Origin: Azolla caroliniana
Lineage: Eukaryota > Plantae > Polypodiophyta
Direction: 5' to 3'
DNA: 64,000 nt
Assembly: GCA_043228905.1 (NCBI GenBank)
Contig: JBHGNT010000018.1
Coordinates: 6,138,001 to 6,202,000 of the forward strand
Positions 1 to 13,495 of the stretch are shown one piece after another (the stretch's first letter is position 1; each line of letters starts with the position of its first letter). Under the pieces are notes generated by a model. The model was not told the origin of the DNA and searched no databases. It saw only the letters and a program-made list of their open reading frames with translations. A program made the position numbers and the translations under genes.

Positions 1-168
1 AACGCGAGGAAACGACGCTGTAAGAAGAGGAAAGGGGCGGGAAGGAGAAGAGAAATGAAGGGCGAGGAGGATTTGATGTCCTTGTCCTTGACGTCTTTGG
101 GCGACAGGATCCTGCTGCGGTACAACAGCAGAGCTGCAGAGAGCGTGAGGAGGCAGGGATAGAGCCAT
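1..168 (-). CDS. 5' end of a host protein-coding gene running off the left edge; Ser/Pro/Ala-rich N-terminus resembling an organellar transit peptide
   Basis: The minus strand reads GCCGCC-ATG-GCT (strong start context, ATG at 168-166) and is open to position 1: MALSLPPHALCSSAVVPQQDPVAQRRQGQGHQILLALHFSSPSRPFPLLTASFPRV. The product cannot be identified from 56 aa. Confidence 0.6.
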   Translation of the reverse strand, partial: MALSLPPHALCSSAVVPQQDPVAQRRQGQGHQILLALHFSSPSRPFPLLTASFPRV

Positions 169-299
169 GGCGGCGTCCTCCACACGTCTTCTTCGTCTTC
201 TCCTTCCATCTCCTGCTTCCTTCTTCTTCCTCAGGGTACCTGTCTCTCTGTCTGTCTGATTGACCTTAGAGACAGAATGAAAGCATGCGTGTTGTTCAT

Positions 300-339
300 G
301 TGATGCATGCATGCATGCATGCATGTGTTGTTCATGTAC

Positions 340-370
<31 letters not shown>

Positions 371-374
371 TGTA
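300..374. repeat. (ATGC)n/(TATG)n microsatellite, continuing at 6464-6495 on the other side of the MULE
   Basis: Directly visible tetranucleotide runs on both flanks of the MULE. Confidence 0.9.
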
Positions 375-1039
375 GCTCGTGTCTATTCTGCATCAAATCA
401 TAAAGAAGGGTTGGCGAGGGAATCGCGGCCATAGACGGTGCAGGTTGCTCAGAGGAAGGCGCGTGCGATCTGCACCGTCAGATTTCGATAAGAAAGAACA
501 CGCGAAAAAAAATAAAAATTGTCAAAGGTCACCCAACTCTGACCGTTGCAAGTCGCCCAACCCTGACCTTTGCATGTCACCATACCGTTGCAGGTCGCCC
601 AACCAAATGTGTCATTTCGACCAAAATCTTCAAATAAGCTTGATCATTACCCTTAAAACTTACAATAACATATCAAACAGTCACAAAATCCAACCTTAAA
701 CTATTCAAAATCGACGATCTTCACCATACTTCACATAAAACAAATAATCATCTTAAAACATAAAAGTTAAAAGTTAAAAAACATAAAACTTAAAAAAAAT
801 ATCAACTTATAACATACTTGAAACATGAATCAAAATATGACATACTTGAAACATAAATCTACATACGACATATTTGAAACATAAAACTTAAAACATAAAT
901 TAGCATATGACATACTTGAAAAATAAATCAACATATTACATCCTTTGAACATAAATCCACTTTAAACATCGTAAACCCAAATCAAAATAGGACATACTTC
1001 AAACAGGGTTGCATGATCTATAAAAGGCAACGACCCTTC

Positions 1040-3428
1040 CTCTCAATAATCATCCGGATGCCGAGTAAATGCTTACATTTACTCGTAGGGTCTTGTCAAT
1101 CACAATATGAGCATTGGAGCGATACATTATACCATACATTCGGTTTTGTCAAGCTCAATATTTTAAACCAATATCGGGGCTTGTCCACAATATGCATTGT
1201 CGCATCATTAGTTTCATACCTCTCTAGTAGCCTCTCGGCCTCTTTAAGTGTTGTTGTTTGATCCCTACAATTTGCATGCCACATCGTTGCTTGTACCATT
1301 CAATAACAGTGCCCCCGATGCAAGTGCCAGTTTGATTGTCCCCGATTAAAACATGCACAAGATCGGTAATTGATAGGTTTATCCTCTCTCTCAGGGCAGT
1401 ATATTTGATAAACTGCCAATGTCTCTCAACAAGATTGGTAGTGTCAACATGTCCGTAGTTGAACATTCTACCAAATTTGCGCCACAGTTTCCTCCACACA
1501 CATGTCAAGCCACACCATTCTCCTTCTATATATTGCCAAACACCTGGTTTGTTTGCATACTCTACCTTTAACCCCTCACATTGGGTATTGTATGTGGATT
1601 CTGTAATGCATTGCATGAGTTGGCACCTCCGATTATAAAGATGGTTTCTCTCAATTGCACTTACCTTTGGCAACAAGTTGTCCAACCATGTTTTTTTTGC
1701 ATGGAGCTAACACAACAAAAGTCGACAATGTGTTTGCGACCTTTGCCCATTTGTAACAATCCAAGATAATCAATCTGTTGCAACCACATTACTTATGGCA
1801 TTATATGATGTCCAACTTTTATCGATGACTATGGCATTTGGCCTCACATTGGGCATCTGTGTGAATATGACTCTAAAGCAAGTTTCTAAAGCTACTTGCT
1901 CATGGTTAGACCCCTTATCAAAACTACATATCATGTACCATAATGGGATACCAACTCCCATGGGATTTGGAGTCACAACTGCATATAATGGCAAGCCAAA
2001 TTGGTTTGTTTTAAACGTGGAGTCGATTGCCCAAGAGTTGTTTATTGACAATCCCTCACACATCTCTAACATCCATTCATCTTGGAGCACCCAGATGAAC
2101 GGTTGCCTTGTAGGAGATCCATATTCACCAAGCAAGTAGGGTTGGACATGAGCCACCTTCCCAAGATCTCGGAGGGCATAGGCATCTTGCATCATCAAAG
2201 ACCAATCAACTGTTGACATGGCACTCCCAATTTTTAACTTGTTGGCCATGTTATGGACCTCCTTTGGTATCATAAAGAACCTACAACTCACAAGGTCTAA
2301 TGGACTAGCCTTGGACTTATGATATGCTTCCTTACGCATGCTCATGTGTGCCACATGTCGTGCCCATCCAACATAAAAAAGGTCATCTCTGCAACAACTT
2401 ATAACATTTGGGTGTGCCGGCAAATAGTACACATCTGGTCTACTTCCCGGTACATGACCCATATGAGGTCCATATATTGAAAGGGTCATTGTCCCATGGT
2501 CAACCCCATCATTCCTTCGGGCGTTCACATGAAAAGTACATCAAGTGCACGGATATTTCTTGTTGGCCACACCGGATCAGTGACAATTATACCTAGTCAC
2601 ATGTGCACCCCTTGTGGTCCCTATACGGAAGCGTGTGTGATACCTCAATTGAACATCTATGAGCATATCATCAACCTTATGGGCCTCTATCTTGATCACT
2701 TCTATGGGTCTAGACTTTTTATATTTCATGACACTTGTCCCATGGAGTTAACCGTGACACAATTTGACAACCACATCAGTCAACCACTGCTTTCACATAC
2801 GCATTAGGGATCCCATGGTCATGAAGGTCATTGGACCAAAGTCTCTTTATGTTAGATGGAGTTAACCTCAACAAAACTTGACAACCACATTGGTCAAACA
2901 TTGCTTTCACATACGCACCAGGAATCCCATGGTCATGAAGGTCATTGGACCAAAGTCTCTTTAACTCTGTCAGAGTACCCGTCAAAGAATGGTGTGATGC
3001 GCCGCAATGTGACGCCAATACTATCTCCCTCCATTTCTCTACGTTCATAACCTGAAGATGAGGTGATGCCTTAAGGTGTATTGTGTTTTCTCATTTCTAA
3101 GCGTGAGACGACTCTTCGTGCGCCTCCATGCATGTAAAATAAGAGGTGCACCCCTTGCGATTGTGCTTAATGTTTCAAACATTACCTTAACTTGACCTGA
3201 TAAATCTTTAATCATTACATCGTATGTACCTCTTGTGAATGCAAAATACCTCGCCGAACAGTACATGAAGGGATCAAACTCCTCAACCTCTTCTTCAGAT
3301 GAAACCGACTCATAGTCTTCTGATGCAGACGAGTCGAAGTCATCGTCGATGGTTGCGGAATATGGTGATGCATAACCATCCTCAGAATCATACAAGGGCG
3401 TGATGAAATCTAGTTCATTTGGATTCAT
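1040..3428 (-). pseudogene. MULE/MuDR-family transposase with C-terminal SWIM zinc finger, broken by stops, frameshifts and an internal duplication
   Basis: ORF pieces 3045-3428, 2776-3048, 1770-2528 (WAIDSTFKTNQFGLPL; NAIVIDKS), 1224-1685 (DTTNLVERHW) and 1096-1299 (YCD), followed by CKH at ~1065-1080. Confidence 0.85.
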
Positions 3429-4647
3429 CTCAACAACTTCTAATTCTTGTAGTGATTAATCAAAGGTAATTTAAGACAAAGAATGTGATTAAGTGAATTT
3501 GATTAAGACAAAGACTGTGATTAAGATAGAGATTGTGATTAAGATAGAGATTATGATTAAGATAGAGAATGTGATTATAAGAATCTGATTAAGCTAGAAA
3601 ATGTGATTAAGACAGAGAATGTGATTAATTGAATCTGATGTTAAGAGGTAATTAATTGGAGATGGAATCAACTTTGATTAAAATGACGGTTTAGGGTTTA
3701 ATGTGACTTAAAGTGTGATTAATTTATATGTTAATATGACCATTTTTTTGGCCGTTTATTTAACAGGTTGGGCGACCTGGATTATGATCGCGAGCTGTTT
3801 TTTAAAATGGTTGGGTGACCTTCTTTATTACCATCGATGTTTTTACAAGGGTTGGGTGACCTAGTAAAATATAGGTTGGGTGACCTGCTTATAATGTTTT
3901 CCATATTAAAACAGGTTGGGCAACCTGGATTATGAGAGAATGATTTTTAAGAGGTTTGGGCGACCTGGTTTATTACAATTCAGAGAAAATACTCCATATC
4001 TTTGAAAACATCTTACTCAACTCAGCAGAGTCCACAAATTAGAGAAAATACACCATACGCATGAAATCAGCAAATCAACTTGAGATTGGTTTAAAACAAC
4101 AAATTAACTTGAGATCACAACTTGAGATTGGTTTAAAACAACAAATCAATTGGAGATCACAACTTGAGATTGGTTTAAAACAACAAATCAACTTGAGATA
4201 AACACTAGTTGTAAACAACGTTTCCATTAATAAGTACTCGCGATATACAATGAGTCGATACTCGGTATACAAAATTTGTGTGGATTCCGAAATATAGTTA
4301 CAACATTAGCTTTATAACAAAATCTGTGCTGAAAACAACAGACACAAAATGTACAATATGGGGCCACCGGTCGCAAGCGCAAATCCTAGTACCCTTCGTG
4401 CCCACTCATCCACATGAATCCGAAGTGAATCCACTTCACGTTTGGTGAACCACATCTCTATGCTCTGTCACCAAATATGTATAAGAACACATCTATACAT
4501 AGTCCACATGAATAAGGCATTGCAATTACACTTACAAAAGTCGAAAATGTCCATCCTCGTAATAAATCCTCCACCAACATTTGGATAGTCTTCATCACGT
4601 AAAAGCATCTAGATACTCAAACACACACAATATTAAGAGCATTGGAG

Positions 4648-5998
4648 CAAATCATTAAACAGTAAACCATTCACATTCCAATATCAAGCATTGAAATCAT
4701 GATTTCAACCATAAACCAATATAGCTATTAAGGTCACATATCAATAAACCATATACTTTAAGGTCACATTTCAATAAACCGTATACTTTAAGGTCACATA
4801 TCACACAATATTAACTTTAATCTAGGAAAGCATTAAACCAATAAAATTCTAATAGCAAGCATTAAAATCATCAAAAACATGTTCTAAATAGTTTCCAAAC
4901 CCTAAACCTCTTCACTCCTAAACCCTAAACAATTTATACAATCATATCTTTGAGTCTAAACCCTAAACATTATCCCTATCATTCTAAAATCAAGTCATAC
5001 TATCACATTACAATCATAATAGTGAAACATAGCCCATTGATGTATCTTCATGTAAGTGATGAGAAATAGTATACCAACTTGAGGTATCTTGTACATACTG
5101 GATATTTTTGGATTTTGAAATGAAGTTGACAGCCAAATCGTTTCGATTTATGTATACATAAATTCATTTGGTAATTAATGTGGTTCCATTATCTAGTATT
5201 GTGTATAATACATCTGCTTTGATTTTCCAATCGTTTGTTAATTTGGAGTATCATCATTTGCACACAACGTAGGTCATGGCTCCCCTCTAGCCGCATTAGA
5301 TTACTATCATTTATTTAGCTCATGTGGGCACACCGATCTGAAATATTGAAACATATGTCCTACATTGGTATTTTGAGTTATGCAAGCATGAAGAGTGATG
5401 ATTGGGAGGTGTAACATGTCATACTCCATGATCTATAACTTATCCATTATAGGGTTTTGCGATGCCATTGAATAGACATGTGAGACAGTGAGGGCATACA
5501 TGGATTTGTAAGGATTAGGATTAGATCCTTAGGCCCAAGGTGCATAGAAGTTTTGTGGTAGCCTCTTGATCAATGTATGGGAACGGTTGGATCTTCAATT
5601 AAGGGATTGGAAAAGTACTATTCTCATCAAAAGGTTAAGCAAGCAAATCATTAAACTGTAAACCATTCACATTCTAATATCAAGCATTGAAATCATAATT
5701 AACCGTAAACTAATATAGCTATTAAGGTCATATATCAATAAACCGTATACTTTAAGGTCACACATCACACAATGTTAACTTTAATCTAGCAAAGCATTAA
5801 ACCGATAAACATTCTAATAGCAAGCATTAAAATCATCAAAAACATGTTCTAAACAGTTTCTAAACCCTAAACCTCTTCACTCCTAAACCTTAAACAATTT
5901 ATACAATTATATCTTTGAGTCTAAACCCTAAACATTGTCCCAACTCATTCTAAAATCAAGTCATACTATCACATTACAATCATAATAGTGAAACATAA
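4648..5998 (+). repeat. Imperfect ~360-380-bp direct repeat (4648-5030 and 5642-5998) inside the MULE, containing AAACCCTAAA motifs
   Basis: Both copies read ATCATTAAAC.GTAAACCATTCACATTC...CATAATAGTGAAACATA and are separated by ~600 bp of unrelated DNA. Shorter tandem arrays occur at 3480-3630 (~18 bp) and 4075-4200 (~40 bp). Confidence 0.85.
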
Positions 5999-6519
5999 CC
6001 TTCTCCCAAACCCGAAACCCTCAACATGAACATAAATCCCTCAACTATTCCAACCACATGTAAAGAAAATTAGAAAAAGTGATGTTATAGGGTTTAGTAC
6101 ATACCTGGGAATAGTAGGGGATGAGATTGATTGCCGCGTATGTCGATTGCAGGCCACCTAAAGATACTTTTCTTTCCCGGAAAAAAAACCCTGTCAATCT
6201 TGTTTGAAAAAATGAGAGATAATGACAGGTTTCAAGGTTTTATAGTTGTCGGTTGGGCGACCTGCTTAAACTGGTCACCCAACCGTTTAAAAAATGTAAC
6301 TCAGTTAGGCGACCTCTGACAACTTTTTTTTTTTCACGCATTCTTTCTTATCAAAATCTGATGTTACAGATCGCACGTGCCTTCCTCTGAGCGACCTGCA
6401 CCATTTGTGGCCGCGATTCCCTCGCCAACCCTCTTTATGATTTGTGTCATAATAGACACGTCGATGTATGTATGTATGTATGTATGGATGGATGAATGTG
6501 TGCACTCATCCATAAAGTC

Positions 6520-7135
6520 TCCCTCAAAATAAGGTTAAGGATGTGCCTAAAGACAAAAAACTAGGCAAATAGGGACACATGAGCTATGGGGCTAATTACT
6601 TCACTGTCTTCTACGACTATGCGTTTGGAATCACAATGGATACTGATGGAATGCAGGATTTGGCATAGAGGAGTTGACCAATAACTCATATATTATACTT
6701 CTTATTGAAGCATTGAAATATAGGAGCATGATACTCAAAGGATTTGAGGTTTAGGAAACTATAATGTGCACTCTTTGATACTCTAAGTCTGTTCTGACCT
6801 GAGGAAGTAATCTCATGGGTTGGGTCCTACCTTGCCACTGGGATAGAATCCCAACAGTTAGATTATGAATTTATGCATTTTCCAGGTTGGAACGGTGAGT
6901 GTAAGACCACAATGCAAGAAACACATATGGGCAAAAATGTCAAGACAACGAAGAGGTCAAGGAGGGCTGACATGTTCTATTAAGAGAGAAATAAAGACTT
7001 ATGTGTTGATTATAAAAAATGATGAACATAAATGCTACATATTGCTCAAAATAGAACACCAAATGACTTGCCCACTTTTGTAGTTGGATGTTACATTCCT
7101 CATCAAGATTCTAAATTTTATGCTTGTTTGCATAA
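6520..7135 (+). mobile_element. Degenerate LINE fragment (end of ORF1 and start of endonuclease), same family as the LINE at 45400-49938
   Basis: Matches the reverse complement of ~48440-48900 (AAGGTTAAGGATGTGCCTAAAGA...GTTACATTCCTCATCAAGATTCTAA). Carries a ~140-bp foreign insert at ~6781-6922. Confidence 0.8.
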
Positions 7136-7254
7136 AGTTTTGTCTGTCAAGGTCGTAACCAAGGACAAGTTTTAAAGTGAATTAGATAATGAGAAGAGGA
7201 AAATAAGAGAGAAAGGAGAGAGAAATAGGAGGAAATTGACAGTGTATTAACAAT

Positions 7255-10200
7255 TGTTAAGAGGCAAGCTCAACATTGGGTGCGTAAACGGGTACGTAAC
7301 CTAGTACGTAGACTAGGTGCGTAAAACCGTACGCAAAGTATGGCGGTGGCAATGTTTAAACCAAGAGGCTGTTAGAACGTTATTCCTCATAAGGAATAGT
7401 TTTGGGAGTTAGTGTAGAAGGCTCATTTATGAGCGGTCAAGTACTGACAGTACTTGTGTCAGCTCGATAGTCAGGGCTTGTATAAAAGCTGCTCACCGAG
7501 CACGGAATATGTACAGAGAACATAGAGAATTATTTGAATATAGTTTTGTATTTATGCTCTCGTATTTATGCTCTCTCTGTCTCTCCCTCTCTTTCTCTAT
7601 GGGTTCTGTGTTCTACCGAACTGTCGTACTATCGAATCGTGTACTATGTGTTCTTACGCATACACTTCCACACACGTATTCTTTTACATGGTATCAGAGC
7701 GCGAGGGTTGAGACTCCTCTACAGTCGACGAATAAACTTGCGATAAGATAGAGTTAAACTGTTGTTTTCGGAAAGGATAAGACAACAATATGGACAGAGG
7801 AATGGGAAGCTCGCTACTGACTGAGAAGCTCGACAGGAGCAACTACGCATCTTGGTCGTACAAGATGCACCAATACCTGCTTGGTCATGGCTAGTGGAGT
7901 TATGTCGATGGAGCTAATGAAGCAACACCCGAATCAACACACAAAGACTTTTCGGCTTGGGAACAAGCGGCAAGCAGAGTTCTTTACTGCTTCGTGTCCT
8001 GTGTGAGCGACCAACTCTTGAGCTACATTCGGGATGCTAAGAACCCAAAGGACGCGTGGGCGAATCTCAAGAGGATTTTTGCCTCTAGCACAACGACCAG
8101 GAAGCTGCAGCTCAGGCAGGAGCTCAACAATGTCCGATAGAAAGATCTGTATGTGGCCGATTACACAGCCTGAATCAAGGAGATTTGCGACTCTCTCGCC
8201 TCCGTCAACGTGAACGTCGAGGAGGACGAAATGGTGCAGGTTTGACTTGGTGGGTTAGCGTCAAAGTTCAGAGCATTCCGGACGCCAATCTGCACAAGGG
8301 AGATTACGCCTTCATTCTTCGAGCTTTAGTTGATGTTGCTCGTGGAGGAAAATCACGCGGGTGTGTCAACGAGTACGCACACCGACAACAAGATGTTGTA
8401 CACGGAGGAAGATAGGCCCCGTAGTCATGGCGGACGAGGCGGATCGACACGCAATGGAGGCGACCAAAAAGAGCAGAAGTGCGGCATAATCGAAATGCCG
8501 GATGCAGGGGGAGTCATAGTGGTGCCGAAAGCCGAAAAGAAAAGGCCGTAATAGAATGCTGGTATTGTGGCAAGAAAGGCCACAGGGAGAGCGAGTGCTA
8601 GAAGAAGAGAGCCGATTCGGACAAAGCCGGATCGAGCGGAAGAGATGCAGGAAGGCGTTAGAAATCGCACTACGTCGAGGGCTCCGAACAAGCCGTAAAT
8701 GGATCAGGCCCAACCTTTGTAATGAAGCACAAGGCCAATTCGATGGCCATGAACAACTCGAAATTGAGCGAGGTGTGGTAGTTTGATTCCAGACCGTCAA
8801 ATCAGATGATGAGTCATGAGGAATGGTTCTCGTACTTGGAGAAACTGGAAAAACAAGGAGTGGTCGAAATGGGAGACGACACTCTGCATACCATCAAACA
8901 TGTCGGAGAAGTTCCTCTCAACCACGTCAGGCAGAAAGGGAAACTTATGAACGTGTTGCATGTCCCAACAATAACCAAGAACCTTGTGTCAATTGGACAG
9001 ATCGTTGACCAGGGGTTGCAAGTTCGATTCACGCACCTCGGGTGCTACATCGAAGAGGAAGGCCAAGTTATTGCGCAAGGGCGCCGTGAAGGGAGGATGT
9101 TCATCCTCGACACCAATCAAGCCGGAACTGTGCTGTTCGCGAAAGGACAGAAGGTCAAGTCAGACATTGATCTATGGCACAAGCGGTTTGGCCACGTTAA
9201 CTTCCCACGGCTTCGTGAAATGCAGACGAAGAACATTGTTTTCGGATTGCCGAAATTTCGGGGCCGTAATGGCCAAGTCTGCGAAGCCTGCCAATTCGGG
9301 AAGCAACACCGACTTCCATTCCCCAATGAGCGTAATTGTAGTCGAAATCTGCTGGATTTGATCCATTCGGATGTGTGGGGACCGACACAAAACGCGACTC
9401 TTGGTGGAAGTTGTTACTTGGTAACCTTCATCGATGACTTCACTCGGCATACTTGGGCATGCTTGATTGCAAAAAAGAGTGAAGTCTTCACGTGGTTCCT
9501 GAAGGTGAAGAGCCTTGCAGAAAGAGAAATAAGATCAAGTGCCTATGGTCCGATGGCGGGAAGGAGTATTTCTACAACTAGTTCACAAGTTATCTACAGA
9601 AGGAGGGAATTCGACGCGAATTCTCGTGTAGATATACGTCGGAGCAGAATGGCGTAGCCGAGTGGAAGAATCGGACAATCGAAGAAGCCGCCAGGGCAAT
9701 GCTCGAAGAGAAGCATACGTCGAAGTTTTACTGGGTTGAAGCCGTAAGGATGGCGATTTACTTACAGAATCAGACCTCTACTAATGGAGGAGTGTCACCA
9801 CATGAGTTGTATTACGACAAGAAGCCGAACTTGGCACACTTGAGGATTTTCGGCAGCATTACGTATGTGCATGTGCTGAAGGAGAAGAGGAGAAAGCTAG
9901 ATACCAAAACCGAGAAGTGTATCTTGGTCGGCTATTCAGACGAACAGAAGGGGTATAAGTGCTATAACCCCTAGACAAAGGAAGTTCGCGTAAGCCGAGA
10001 TGTCGTGTTCGACGAGTCCACTTTGTGGTACTTGCCTCCACCTCCAATACCTCATCATTCCATTCCGAATTCTGAAGAAGAGGTCAGCGAGGCTGAGATG
10101 CCTTTGCATGATGAGGATATCGGAGCTCTAACAGAGAGTCTGATCTCATTTCGGCTAAGTGGGCCGAATGAGGGGTTGGGCTGAGATGGCCAACCAAATG

Positions 10201-13018
10201 AAGAGCCGACAAGTAGTGGAGACTCGACCGTGTTGTTCCCGTGTAAAGAACTGAGGAGACAGTTTACGCATCAAGAAAAAGGGAAGAAGAAAATGTCGGA
10301 ATACGATTTCGGCAGTGCCGAGTCAGATCGGAGCGAGTCTGATTTCGGGCCAATCGAAAAGGAATCTCCACAGAAGAAGTCGAAACCGGCCGAAAAGATC
10401 GTGAAATTAGGTAATCACGAATTACGCCGATCTACCCGTCTGACAAACCTCGTAAAGAGGTACGGGTACAATGAATACATGGCGCACCATTACACATACA
10501 TGGCGCACCATTACACATACATGGCGCACCATTACACATACATGACATGAGTGGCGGAAGTACGTGAGCCGAAAAGCTACGCAGAAGTGGCGGAAGACGC
10601 AAACTGGCATGCTGCGATGGAGGAAGAGATGCACGCTTTATCAGACAATGAGACTTGGGACCTGGTTGACGTACCGAAAGGTGTAAAGCTGATTGGATGT
10701 AGATGGGTGTATAAGGTGAAATACAATACCAACAACTCTGTCAATCGATATAAGGTCCATTTGGTTGCGAAAGGCTACACGCAGAAGCACGACGTAGATT
10801 ACGATGAGACCTTGGCCCCAGTCGCGAAGATGACTATCGTGCGAGTTCTGCTAGCCATAGTTGCGGCAAGGGGTGGCACTTACATCAGATGGATGTAAAA
10901 AATGCGTTCCTCCAAGGCGATCTTGAGGAATAGGTGTACATGGTACAACCCCTGGATTTCTATCGGAACAGAACACTTCGGTAGTCTGCTGATTGAAGAA
11001 GGCGTTATACGGCCTTAAGCAAGCCCCGCGAGCTTGGAACACGAAGATTACGCAACGGTTGCATAATATGGGGTTTACGACGTCCAAATCCGACTCTTCG
11101 TTATTCGTTTGGCAAGGTCAGCATGGACCAGTTTGTCTTTTACTTTATGTTGATGATTTAGTCATCGCTGGTGCCGACCTGGAAGAAATCCGTCATGTAA
11201 AGTTTCAGCTTGCGGCATCATTCGAAATGAAGGATCTTGGAGACCTTCATTACTTCCTCGAGATCGAAGTGATCCGTCCCCCGAAGGCATATTGATCAGC
11301 CAGCGCCATTACGCGCTGAATATGCTCTTCAAGTTCGGGATGGAAGATTGTAAGCCCATCTTGACCCCTCTGGATAGAAACGTAAAGCTTCGCCGAGATT
11401 CGGGAAAGGCGTGCGACCCGACACGGTTTTGACAGATTGTCAGAAGCCTCATCTACTTGATGATCACTCGGTCGGACCTTAGCAATCCGGTCGGAATGAT
11501 CAATCAATTTATGTCGCAACCCATGACTGAGCACCTTCAGTGCGCACAAAGGATATTACGATATGTTAGCGGCACGAAAGATATGGCGTTGTTGTATCGT
11601 GTAGATGTAGCCGAGCAGTTAGTGGGCTACATGGATGCCGATTGGGCCGGAAATGCCCACGATCGTAGATCCACATCTAGATACGCATTCTCACTAGGAA
11701 GTGCGACGATCGTGTGGAGCAGTAAGAAGCAGCCGACAGTAGCACTGTCAAGCACAAAGGCCGAATATCGAGGGGCGATTGTCGCTACGTGCGAAGTCAT
11801 TTGGCTAAAACGGCTATTACGGGATCTACACGTAGAGATGTCCGATCCAATGACAATCTACTGTGACAACCTCGGCAACATCCACCTTGTGAAGAACCCT
11901 GTGTTCCACGCCTGGACCAAGCACATTGAGGTGCACTATCACTTCGTCCGCGAGCGTGTCCTTTCTGGTGAGGTCAAACTGGCATATGTCCTGACGGGTC
12001 GGCAGATTGCCGACATCTTCACCAAGCCCCTTGGTCTCGACAAGTTACGACATTTCTCGATTGAGCTGGGTTTGCGGCACCTCGACACGCCGAACTTGAG
12101 GGGGAGACAGGAACAGGAACAAGAGCATGAAAGGAGCGATACTAATTGCAATGCCGAATCGGATAAAGAATTCGATTTCGGGCCTGTTGAAGAAGCCGAA
12201 GAAGAAGAAAACAGGGGCCGTATTCACAAGGAAGAGATGAAGACAACCGAACAAAGGGGAAATACAGCCAAGGAGGGCATAAAGACCAAGGCCAAGACAT
12301 GGTCTGATGTTGTCAAGGGCATGAAAAGAGAAGACGAATTGGAGACAGCCAATTTGGTTGAAAGTGGAATTGAATCAGAAGTGATCGATTTAATCGAAAT
12401 GTTCGATTCGACTGAGGGCCAAGCGGAGGAAAGGACAGCAAAAGAGGCGCCAACACTGCAACATCAAGGGAGCTGAGAAGGGATGCATGAGCAAACAAGC
12501 CGACCGGAAGGGTCAAAGAGCGCAGAATCGAACGGGTCGAGGAGCGCGAGCGAGGCGTGAAGCCAGGAGAGGCTGGAGCGAAGATCCGGAAAAGCAGATG
12601 GAATCTCAAGCCGAGTTTGAGGGGTAGTGTTGAGAGACAAGCTCAACATTGGGTGCGTAAACGGGTACGTAACCCTGTACGTAGACTGGGTGCATAAAAC
12701 CGTACGCAAATTATGGACATGGCGATGTTTAAACCAAGAGGCCGTTAGAATGTTATTCCTCGTAAGGAATAGTTTTGGGATTTAGTGTAGAAGACTTATT
12801 TATGAGCGGTCAAGTACTAGCAATACTTGTGTCAGCCCGATAGTCAGGGCTTGTATAAAAGGTGCTCACTGAGCACGGAACTGTCGTACTATCGAATCAT
12901 GTACTCTGTGTTCTCCCTCTCTTTCTCCGTGAGTTTTGTGTTCTACCGAACTGTCGTACTATCGAACCGTGTACTCTGTGTTCTTACGCATACACTTTTG
13001 CACACGTATTCTTTTACA
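7255..13018 (+). mobile_element. Full-length but decayed Ty1/Copia LTR retrotransposon
   Basis: LTRs 7255-7688 and 12628-13018 (TG...CA, diverged with indels); TSD ACAAT/ACAAT; PBS TGGTATCAGAGC (iMet) at 7689; PPT just before 12628. Confidence 0.95.
7790..12476 (+). pseudogene. Copia gag-pol (Gag, zinc knuckle, protease, integrase, RT, RNase H) with many stops and frameshifts
   Basis: LWHKRFGH, HSDVWGP, FIDDFTR, KKALYGLKQAPRAW, LLYVDDL, DADWAG and TKHIEVHYHF, in Copia order INT-RT-RH. Confidence 0.93.
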
Positions 13019-13495
13019 ACAATGAGAACAAGGGTTATAAGAATGTGCCAAAGATTGGCATTCAATACTCGGAGACATGCGTATATAGCATGGTTTGGAC
13101 ACATGCATGCTCGCCAACTCATATGTACGCATGATCACCACTTGGCATTCATGCAAACATGACACTTGGTGATCATGTATTAGCCCATGTGGGGTGGTGA
13201 CATTTCATAATATCGCATATGTGTGCTAATGATCTAATGAAAGTTATAAAAAATAATATGTATGAAATAATCTATCCTATTGGTTGAGGTTACACGTCTT
13301 TTTAAAAGATGTCATAGGCTCAAATCTCTATTATAAGTTTGGAGTTTTAGTATATGTTCATAACATTATCCCCTTCCATTGACGACAAGTTCCACGCGCT
13401 ACAATGCACGAACTAGGACCTAGCTAATTCGGATATTGATGATGAAATTTAGTTACAAGTTCTTTGGCATTATTGAGATTTTCACCCAGCTCCCA

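Larger units (their letters stand above)
375..6463 (-). mobile_element. Mutator-like (MULE) DNA transposon, decayed, with ~160-bp TIRs
   Basis: 378-540 (CGTGTCTATT...CAAATCATAAAG...GGTTGGCGAGGGAATCGCGGCCA...) is an inverted repeat of 6300-6460. It contains a MULE transposase remnant and recurrent GGTTGGGYGACC motifs (530-600, 3765-3965, 6250-6310). The TSD is obscured by the TATG repeat. Confidence 0.88.
7141..13387. mobile_element. Probable solo LTR (~480 bp; 7141-7254 plus 13024-13387) split by the Copia insertion
   Basis: Starts TGTCTGTCAAGG and ends CCATTGACGACA; the flanks AGTTT/AGTTC would be a 5-bp TSD with one mismatch. Confidence 0.5.

Noticed and set aside
379-699. ORFs 379-699 and 6305-6505 with similar peptides
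   Set aside because: They are translations of the two MULE TIRs, not duplicated genes.
4895-4970. AAACCCTAAA motifs as an interstitial telomere
   Set aside because: Isolated telo-box-like motifs, not a tandem telomeric array.
10479-10545. Triple YMAHHYT peptide repeat
   Set aside because: A local 21-bp slippage duplication in a dead Copia, followed immediately by a stop.
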